A stretch of DNA of 64,000 bases from Adineta vaga (taxonomy: Eukaryota; Animalia; Rotifera): positions 11,594,001 to 11,658,000 of the forward strand of contig CP075494.1 of the NCBI GenBank assembly GCA_021613535.1, written 5' to 3'. This document shows, one piece after another, positions 53,986-64,000 of this stretch; within the stretch, counting starts at the first letter, position 1; each line of letters opens with the position of its first letter. Position numbers and translations under genes: made by a program. The notes under the pieces are model-generated. The model saw only the letters and a list, made by a program, of their open reading frames with translations. It made no database searches and was not told where the DNA came from.

Positions 53986-56549
53986 TGAATTCACTAAAAT
54001 GAAAATATAATCATATGAGAGAACATGTATAAGCTGATTAACACTGATTATATGTGAGAAAAATCATTATAAATATATGAGTGAGAGAGAGAGAAAGAAG
54101 AGATACATTGGTAGCCGAGAGGTTCAATCAGATGTACGAACATTGATTTGAAATTAAGAAAGAAAATGAGCTAAATAGACATGTATATCATTGAAAGAAT
54201 ATCTTTGGATTAACACCTGTCGACGTTTCTTCACGATATTTAAGGACAGAAATTAGTTAAATATTATTTTACCTTGAACATCTTTAATCACTACTAATTC
54301 TCTCATCTTTAAATACAGACATTAAGAAAATCGAGATGCAGAAGCTTATGAATAAATATATATATATTTTATGACATGATTATTCAGAAATAATTGTTTT
54401 TTTTTCATATATTTAATAATCAATGATGAAAAAAGTCAAGCAGACACTTAAAAAAGAATTTTATATGCATGAAATCAAGGTTAGATAGTTTTTTTTTATT
54501 GATTTAAAAATATTAAAAACCCTTACTTGTCACTCAATATTTTCCTTTGAATAACTTAAGAAGAAAAAAATTACTTACACATATAATTGCTGATATTGAA
54601 TGAAAGAGAAAAAAGAAATGTAATCAGACGTCTATCGTCTTAAGTTCGTTTAAAAAATTGAACAACATCTTCATCATCTAATCTCTTCAACGAATATCCA
54701 AACGTTCGTGTATTTTCGATTTCCCCCCCCCCCTCTCTCCCTCTTTCGAATATAAAGCAAGAATAACGAAAAGGTCAATTCATTTCGTATAAAATACATA
54801 GAGGAGTTGTTTTGTTTGACGAACAAATTAAACATACAGACGGACAAACTGAAGAATAACACATTTAAAGGTGCGACCTTGAAAACACAACTAGACAATT
54901 GGAAATGAAGCTGTTCAACAAAAAAAAATCAAACTAACAAACAACGTTTACAATACAATCCTACTGTCTGCTCATCGAATTTCTTATCTTATAGAAGAGA
55001 AAAAATGTTATCACATCTGTGAAATTCTACTGAAGCTCAATTCTCTTTTTCTTTTCAATTAACAGAGAAGAAGAAAGAAAGACATGACCTTCTCTCTGTA
55101 AGCTAAGTCGACATGCAATTTACTAGACTGTATTTTGTAACTATTCAACAAAAATTTCAATACTAAAAGTTTTCATGTTTCTCCTACCTGATGTCATCAA
55201 TTGAGTGAATAAATAAACGTATATTACGTCGTAATTATTGATGATTTGCAATAGAATTTCTTCTGCGGCGACGATGTTGTTATGAGTCTACATATACATG
55301 CGAGATATGTCTGTTCAAGTAACGAACAATAATCTCATGCCAAGTTTTTTTTATTGTTAATTGTAACGCGTTGTCAGTAGACTGTAGAGAGAGAGAGAGA
55401 AAGACAGAAAAGTGAAGAGTGATGTAATAATCTGGAATATACAAAACGTGTACATATTCTTGGATTAAACATGTCTATTGAAAAAGGAGAAGATATGAAT
55501 GATTTTTCATTCGCAAACATTCATTCAATGTCTTCGTTCTGTTTTTAGTTATATACATTCATCAATTTGCTTGTGCGTGTTTGAAACAATTAAAAATAAA
55601 AGAATGAATTCCAACATTAGAAGGTCAAAAGTTCGTTGTTCACTCACTACATATACGTTTGTTTGATAATTTGTTTCGTAGAGAAAGAAAGAGAGATTGT
55701 TTTTCACTATCGGTGTCGAGTTTATATAACGATATATTCACTCATGAATAGTGAGAAATCTGTTCAGACAGAATGAAGTGAAATACAAGAGGATCAGAGA
55801 TTGTTATATAGAAAAAATATATTTACATAAATGTTAAGCAGGTGTTACAATTTGTCGCCAATGAATATAAAATAAATGTTCAAGGTGAAATATTTAATGT
55901 GTTAGTGAGAGAACAAGGCCATTAGAGAGAAGTGAAGAAAAAAAAAAGATTTTGTAACAGTTAAATCAATGAGAATATTAATTTTTTTCTTCTTTGGTAT
56001 ATAATAGATTGAGACATAGGTGATATTTTCTATCAAAAGAATCTGTCAGATCAGGTAATTATAGATCATTAATTATCGATTGAATAATATCACACAATTG
56101 TTTTCATCATTTGTTCGTATCGAATTGAATATAACAACAATTAACTACTATGTGAATGATGTCATCGAAAATGAAAACACTGTCATATGAAATCATGCAG
56201 ACTATTGAAATGATTCGAGTCTATGTACATCGAACAATTCATTGAATACAAGAGGGGGAAAATGTTAAAGATGAAATATGTCAAATGACTTAACGTGAGT
56301 CAGCATCAATCAAACGGAACAAATAGAAAGATGTCTACTTCCCACATATAAATCGTGCTTTTTTTACAAATAGAAAGTAGATAAAGTCGTCTGAATTTTC
56401 AAATATCTACGTCTAGTCTAATTTCTGTCGTTTGAATATAATTGTAATATGTTAGTTTTCCAACAGATGTCCTATAGTCGTTTATTAATTCAATGACCTT
56501 TTCTTATTTGCATTAGAAAATTTTTCTTAGTAAAAGTTTTGATTATTAT

Positions 56550-57597
56550 TTATAAATATAAAGAACCAGATTGACGCCTTGAATGAAGTTGAATACTTTC
56601 TCGTGCAGCAAGACAGTCGGATATTGATGGAATTGTATCATCGAAAATATTTCGATTGCATAATGGACAACTTCGATGAGCTAATAACCAGGGATCAATA
56701 CAAGTCGTATGATAATAATGTGAACATTCTAAGAAAGAGAAAAAAAGTTTATTGAAAAATATTTCAAGTTTATCTTACGAAGTCGACGAAGTATTTCATT
56801 ATCATTAAATGTTTCCAAACAAATAGAACATGTTGTTTCATCATCAAGATTTGGATTATTATTATTCTTTGAATCAAATGTAATAACAGGAGATTTATCA
56901 AGCATTTGTTGAACAGAATGTACTAATGCTTTTTCAGCTTTAACTTTCATTCGACGAAATACAATTCGACGATAATAAGATATACATATCCATCCAATAC
57001 AAACAACAGAAGTAATACCGATACATGCTGTCAAAAATATAATTCCAAATAGACCCGTTTTACTTAAATGATATTTATCCGAATCATTTATTTCATCGTA
57101 AATATATTGGATTGAGCACATTAGTGGAACTGCTTTTGTTGCATTGTTCAAGCGAAAATTGAGAAATTTTGCTAGATATCTCACTAAATTATCAGGTGAA
57201 CCAATGATTTGTATAACATTCATAAATATATTTGGAAAGACAATGTACAAATCTAAAGAACAAAATAATTAGATATTCGAATGATGACATGAAAGATCAA
57301 ATTACGTCGATATCTGTCCAGACAGTTATTTGAGATTAAATTTATTGATTTTTTACATGTAATTTTTGAAATACTAATAATAATTCTATCGGAAGAATTA
57401 CCCCATAAGATATATGCATTTTCGGCTTGGTCTTTATGAACTAATAATCCCGACGTGGTGATTTCACTTGATGTTCTTCCAAGTAAATCATAATAACGAA
57501 AATGAAGATTGATTCTATTGACTCGCTGTGCATATGTGTACGACTTAATCATTAAATAGTATGTTAGAATGATAGATAGAAATTTGATATAGGACAT
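56550..57597 (-). CDS. Transmembrane RING-H2 E3 ubiquitin ligase (Goliath/RNF13-like architecture)
   Basis: Signal peptide, luminal region, TM segment ([25 protein letters not shown]), CSICLETF...[23 protein letters not shown]. Confidence 0.82.
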
Positions 57598-58247
57598 AAC
57601 TATAGCTAAAAATGAAATAATATATTGTTTTTCTCAGGTTTTATATCACATATCATAGTTCCTAATGAAACTAAGTCATTTTTGTTTCATCCGGTTTCTT
57701 TTTAACTGCGTCATGACAAGTAGATATTTTGATATTTGAATACAGGTCTTCATGACTAGCTATTATTTGATTTAATGTTATATTTGTCTATCAAATAGAA
57801 AAATACAATGTCAGACAACAAAAAACAGAATGAAAGCTATTTGACTTTATTAGAAAATAAGAAAAAAGTAAGAAAATATGTTCACTTTTTATTTTATGAT
57901 CAGATGTTTAGTCTGCGTAATTTCATGAATTCGAATATGAGTAAAAAATATATCGTTAATCAAGAGGAAAAAATGAATCATAGAGTTCATCAGGATCTAA
58001 ATTTTGTTTTAATCAAAAACTTCTGCGAGGTCATTTGAATTTTTATTGATCATAGAAAACTCACGTAATTCTCTTGTAAGCTCTACTAGTAACATATCTT
58101 CAATTGCAATTTTATAATATTCTTTTAGTGTTGAATATTTTCAATAATAAAATTGTAATCTTTATTTGTACATACAAAAGAAAAGCCAAAACCATACAAA
58201 GCTCATGAAAATAATATACACAAGAAAAAAAGAAACATAAAGATTTT

Positions 58248-61152
58248 TCACTCAGTAGCAAGATGATTAGTAAGATTTTCATATTGATTTTGTCTATAAC
58301 ATGAAGGAGAAGAATGATACACATTATCATTACCATTTCCATTCATATTTGATTTTTCATGATGACGATAATGTAATTTCAATTCATTATGCCATTCAAC
58401 TTTTGTCTTCATTAATATTGATATTGGAGCGTAAGATTTCGAATAAATTCGATCAAAATTTATACTTGACATAAACGATGTTTGACGTAATTCATCTAAT
58501 GAACATAAACGTTGATTAGGATTCTTTTCTAATAGATGACAAAGTAATTCTTTTATATCAGTTTTATTGTCTAGACCATTTAATGGAAAATGAAATTTAT
58601 GACTTAATACTTTATTCGCCATGGATATATGATCTTTAGTAGCTGACACCGGATATTCACCAAATAAACATGCATACATTAAGATACCTAAACTCCACCA
58701 ATCAACACGATGATCATATGGTCGAACACTTAACACTTCAGGAGCAATATCTGAAAAGAAAATAACAAAACAAAAATCAGTTAGATAAAATTAAAAAAGA
58801 AACAATATTATAACATACATTGTAATGTTCCACATATAGTTGTTGTTCTTTGACCTAATGAAAGCCATTTTGATAAACCAAAATCAATGATTTTTATATT
58901 TCCATGTTCATCAAGTAGAATATTTTCCATTTTTACATCTCGATAAATGATTCCTCTATTATGTAAGTATTCTAGTACCATAGCGACTTGAGCAATATAA
59001 ATTTGAACAATTGTTTCAGGAAAACGACGAATACGAAGCCATAAAGATAATAATTCGCCATTTTCAACATAATCAGTAATGATATATAAATAACGACGAG
59101 ATTGCCAGTAATGATGAGTATGAACAATAAATGGATGAGAAAGACATGATTGTGCAATTGTTACTTCATCTAAAGAAAATAATTCATCAATACTCTTCTC
59201 ATATCTTATGAATCTTTCTGCTAATACTAGAATCTCCATATCAATGAATAATAATTACAACATATGTCATATAATTCATCTCTTTTTTTCTCATCAATCG
59301 AATTTCACTTCAGAGTTTATTCTATTGGACATCTGTTTCTATACTAGAACAAAATCGAGAAATGCATTAATCGTTTGAAAATTTTTTTTATCCCTAGACA
59401 GATTCTTAGTGAATAAGAATCACAATATTAAATTTGCAATTCTCATAGACTTAACGATTACCTCAAGGCAAATAGTCACTTTAGAATCTATTCAATTTAC
59501 ATGTCCTAAGTAGTTTTTCATTTAAGTAGAGAAAAGAAAAGAAAAGAAACGACGAAAGATTATACTTGATTACGAAATTTAATTAATACAATAGTGAAAT
59601 AGAATAAAATGAGAAATTTTTCAATCAATTGAATCGATCATACTCTTGCAAGAATGAACAAAGGCAGTAGGGAAAATAGTTTCTACAATAATGAACTCAC
59701 AGGAATTGTTCGATATTTATTCAAGAAATATCATATCATTTCTCAAAGGTTATTATAACAAAGAACAATACTTTCAAAGAGTTCCGTGCTTAAATGTTCA
59801 TTGATTAATCAGTGATCTGACAGTTCAACGCGCATGTCACTCAGTAGAATTAATAAGATTTTTCACACGATATACAAAAGAAAATTTTTATCAAATGATT
59901 TATGAGTTTTACCTTTAACCTGTTGGACAGCATTGTCTTTAACAATTTGTGATTTACTCATAATTTTCATTGCATAAGTTTGTTTATCATGCATGGAAGA
60001 AACTTTAATAACATTTCCAAATGCACCTCGCGCAATAATATCAATAACCTAAAATGATCAATATGAATTTCGAGAAAACAAAAGTGTTCGATTTTACTTC
60101 GAAATCTGCTTCGGTAACTTTGCCTTTAATTGAAAATTCTGGTAAAAACATTGCTTCATGTCCTCGTACAGGAAAGTTTGTACTTGATTTTCGATATGGA
60201 TTTCGTAGAGATGATGTTTGATATTTTCGTCGTGATTGATTTCGATAGACACCTGATTGCGAAGTGAGAGGATATTCATGATGATTTCCATTTATTATTA
60301 ACGGTTGATTATTATCGTGATTTTGTTGAGTTTGACATAAGGGTGATGATGAAGTTGATTGTTGAAGAAAATTAAAACTTCGAGAAAATAAACTTATTGT
60401 TCGATCACCAAACGATTGTAGACTAACGTTTAGATATGAAGATGCTGGCTAGAACGAGAGAATAAAACAAAACAAAATCCATCATGTTTACATTAATTCG
60501 ATTATCAATGATAGTGAAACCTTTTTCTAACAATCATGATTTCTAAAGGGAATTGATTGGTTTCTCTCTGTTTTGACACGTACTACAAGGTGAATTGAAT
60601 TAGTCAACACATTGTATTTACTTTAACTCAATCAGTTTGTTTTTCTCATGCTAGATATCCATTTATTATTTGTACAAATAGCTACGTGTTTCCTTTACAG
60701 TCTCAATGAATTAGTTTGTTATCATGCATATTTTAGATAAAAATTCTTTGAAAAAGAACGGAAAAAGGAAACTGTTATCTTCCTTTAGTAGTGAATTTAA
60801 TTAGTATACAAAATGTCAATTTTATCATTAGAAAGACGCCGATGTCTATCGATTATGTAAATAAGAAAATGAATTCAGTGAAATTGATTAATCAATAGAT
60901 ATTGTCTAGCGAATATACCTGAGGTTTTTTTCCTTTTTTATCCAATGGTGATTGTCGAGTATCACGACGACGACGAAATCGTGGTGATGGACCATATTTC
61001 TTTCCATTACTACTTTGATAAGATGAAGTTTCACCACTATTATCAGTATCGTCGTTATTAGTTAAATTATGTTGTTGAAAAGATCGATGAATGTCATGTC
61101 CATTGATTGATAAAGTCTTTGTTAAATGTGGTGAAGTATTTTTATTACCCAT
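58248..61152 (-). CDS. RSKR: Ribosomal protein S6 kinase-related protein (SGK494-like AGC kinase)
   Basis: MGNK start, IARGAFGNVIKV, YAMKIMSK, IYRDVKMENILLDEHGNIKIIDFGLSKW...TICGTLQYIAPEVL...DWWSLG. Confidence 0.8.
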
Positions 61153-63345
61153 CGAACAATGTCGATCGTCATAGCGTTCTTTCTTTCTTGTAATCAAATG
61201 CAGAATATATGGCACAACTTTATCTAAAAATTGTCTATACAAAAAAGGAGAAGAAATAGATAGTTTACTTTTCTATTCGATTAACATTTAGTAGTGTGTA
61301 TAGATTAACTTTTCAAAAAACTACTTACTAAACATGCAAAGAATTCAAGAATTCTTAATGATGGTCATCTCGTTTGTATACATTGAGATTCATTTCGGTC
61401 AGTGTACATCGACATATTTCTCATCTCATTTATTCTTTCGTGTCCTATAGTTTGCATACATTTTGATCAGAAATTGTATGCAATATGTTCGGTCTATTAT
61501 TTACTGTTAGTAGAACAAAGAAAGAGAAACGAAGAGAAAAAAAAGGCACGCATACTTTATGTCTAGAGAGGATAAAAAGTGATGAAGATGAACCCTTTTC
61601 TCTTCTTCCTCGCATCAACAAAATGATGTAACGTTATATTCAGCTATCAATAGTTGATCATTATAGGCATATGAATTGCTCCATATACAGATCGATCAAA
61701 AAGAAAAAGAAGAAGAAGAAGAAGAAGAAGACTGATGACAAAGCATAAGTAATTGTTTAGACTTTTGATGATTAAATATACATCTACTAAATCGATCGAG
61801 TGAAGATCAGCATCTGTTACCATTGCGGAAAGCAAAAGAAAATGTATTATTAAGAGAAATAGTACTGTAAATATAAATAAATTGTATCGCTTATCAGACT
61901 TTCAATATAGAATATCTTGACTATTGAAATAAAAATGAAAGGAAGTTAGTTATCAAGAGAAAGAAAGAAAAAAAATGAATAAATTTCGATTTCATCAATG
62001 GAGTTGTCACTCAACCAATCTCACTGAACGGTGGAGGTCGCTGTTTGTTTAAAAATATGATAACTCACCGTCATATCGAATTCAAACTTTCTAACTTGAA
62101 ATGAATATTTGTGATCAACGAATAAAGTTCAATACATTGTCTTAATGAACGAGAAGTTGCAGAGATCGAACACAGATGGTAAGTACGAGTTTTCAACTGA
62201 TTTTTTGATCGATCTCTCAAAACATCTGTTATGTATCAGAAAAGTAAAGCTTGTGAAAATCAACTTGATTTCCTCACGCGAGCGATTATTAATCTACATG
62301 AAATAAAACGATAGCATGTCAAAGATTAAACTTCTATCTCTAGAGATTATGAGCGTTCTCATAGAAATATCAATATAAGTTTTGAAACTAACTTCAGTCT
62401 ATTCACAAAACTGAAAGGATACACTTATTCTTTATAATATGCGATTCTCTTCATCAACGACGAATAAATTCGAAATGTAATTCTACTGATAACAAAAATC
62501 AATAGTAACAAGATGACAATGCATTGATTTATATACGTATTCAATAAATTACCAGAAAGAATAACATTAACTCCCTACCTTGCTTTCTCTTCTTATTCAA
62601 TGATCAATAGGAGAACAAGTGAACAAACAAATACAATATACAGGTGAGTTGTCATATCGCATCATTAATTACTCTTCTCATAATGTATGTCTCCTTGTTT
62701 ATTAGAAAAAGAAATAAATATGTATGATATTGGATCGTATATTAATATTTCCTATCATTAGTCGCCATCTATTTAACAAACCGTAACTGACAATAAACAA
62801 GAAACTCGATTAGAAAAAAAAAACATATTTCATTTAAAATCTTTTCTATTCCAAAAAACAAAAATCCTGTTGTCTTTTTCTCGCCATGAAATACGAAGAA
62901 CAGAAAGAAAAAGAGTGTCCTTGTATTCGATAAATATTATTCTTTTATTGATTAAAGTGTTTAGAAAAAAAACAAAATTATTTTTTCATATTTAATTGAC
63001 TCGTAAATATCGATGTATTTTATTTTTCCATTTACTTTAATTACTATTTTCAAAATAGACATTCGATTTTTATCCAGACCTTGTTATTAAACATTGCTAT
63101 GACGAGTGTTTATCTAATAACAAATTCTTTTCTTTCACAACTACAAAACATATATTTAAAAAGAATTAATGCAAAAAAAAAAAATATTTCACACCACAGG
63201 TTTTCTTCATGAATAGAAACAAAAAGATTTCATTTGAAGAACATTATCATCACTCATATGACATATTATCTTCAACGTTCACTGTACTTTTCAATAGATA
63301 ACAATAGACAGAAAGAAAAAAACGAAAAAAAAATTCTTCATCAAA

Positions 63346-64000
63346 CTATCGAACAATAACACCTTGAGCAAGTCGTGCATGATCTTCCAGAATATGTTTT
63401 ACACCATTGTAACAACGATTACCTGGAATTGGCGTCGGTTTATGCATAGACGCTTGAGGATAGATAAGACGACAATAGGAATCACTTGTCGATGATTGTA
63501 TGATGGAAGTTTTATTCTCAGATGATGATGATGATGATGATGATGACGATGATGATGAACTACCACCATTAAGTTTATTTTGAACAGATGTATGTGTTTT
63601 ATGTCGAATATAATGATCATAATAAAGATTTTGATGTAGAACATATTCACAACGTGGTGGAACGACAATTTCAGGTCGTTGACTTATTTCACCAGGACGA
63701 CTACCTGGATGCCAAACGAGTATTTGTGCACTATTCGCCTATGAACGAAAGAAAAAGTTTGAATTTGAACAAATTATGCATATTATACAACAAAAATTTA
63801 CATTGGGTGGGTATAGTACACATGTCGGTATACGAATATTTTGTTTAAGAATTTCCGGTTGAATAGGAATTGGATTAGAAATCAATACGGCGCGTGAACC
63901 TTGCGGTTGAGTTGGATCAACGTTAATTTCAAGATCCATTTGCCAAGTCAATGTTTTAAGTACAAGTATTGAACCATTTTTTGCATTCATTGCCACGAGC
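63346..64000 (-). CDS. FAM78-family protein, 3' exons only
   Basis: LVAMNAKNGSILVLKTLTWQMDLEINVDPTQPQGSRA...QPEIL...IP...PPN|ANSAQILVWHP matches the FAM78A/B C-terminal half, followed by a poly-Ser extension and stop at 63346. Confidence 0.8.
63521..63557. repeat. (GAT)n microsatellite encoding poly-Ser in the FAM78-like gene
   Basis: gatgatgat... run, read as TCA codons on the minus strand. Confidence 0.9.

Noticed and set aside
54674-54898. 74-aa ORF containing GGGG
   Set aside because: Low-complexity promoter-like sequence with a poly-C run and no domain or splice support.
63399-63668. Poly-His ORF
   Set aside because: It is an alternative frame of the (TCA)n poly-Ser tract in the last FAM78-like exon.
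1-64000. tRNA, rRNA, CRISPR arrays or intact transposase/reverse transcriptase genes
   Set aside because: No cloverleaf, repeat-spacer array or DDE/RT motifs were recognisable by eye. tRNAscan-SE, Infernal and RepeatModeler would be needed to exclude them formally.

Overview
AT-rich, gene-dense eukaryotic (metazoan) DNA with many short (~50-60 bp) spliceosomal introns. An innexin gene, very compact gene spacing and intron-containing genes from non-animal families point to a bdelloid rotifer or similar microinvertebrate (inference). About 23 protein-coding genes can be reconstructed: FAM47-like (3' end), IFT88, an AXH/ataxin-1-like gene, CTU2, RPL27A, MGMT, an LDLa-TM protein, a CBM14+EGF secreted protein, an innexin, an EF-hand protein, an N-RASSF-like gene, a small unknown gene, an LRR protein, APMAP, SPRYD7, ALDH4A1, a SET methyltransferase, a KUP/HAK K+ transporter, TMEM26-like, DENND2-like, a RING-H2 ligase, RSKR kinase and FAM78 (3' end). 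The highlight is a two-gene cassette at 41444-48969 (minus strand) encoding six domains typical of prokaryotes or plants. Gene A is a GT4 glycosyltransferase fused to a radical SAM/SPASM-twitch enzyme. Gene B fuses WG repeats, an O-methyltransferase, a GalU-type NTP-sugar pyrophosphorylase and an L-arabinokinase-like GHMP kinase. The two genes are 57 bp apart, both carry spliceosomal introns, and both begin with N-termini resembling mitochondrial presequences. This looks like a domesticated, horizontally acquired pathway for making a modified sugar. Several same-strand gene runs with very short spacers and splice-acceptor-like sites just before the ATG suggest SL-trans-spliced operons. No tRNA, rRNA, CRISPR array or intact transposase was seen. 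Exon boundaries were inferred by eye, so gene starts are approximate.
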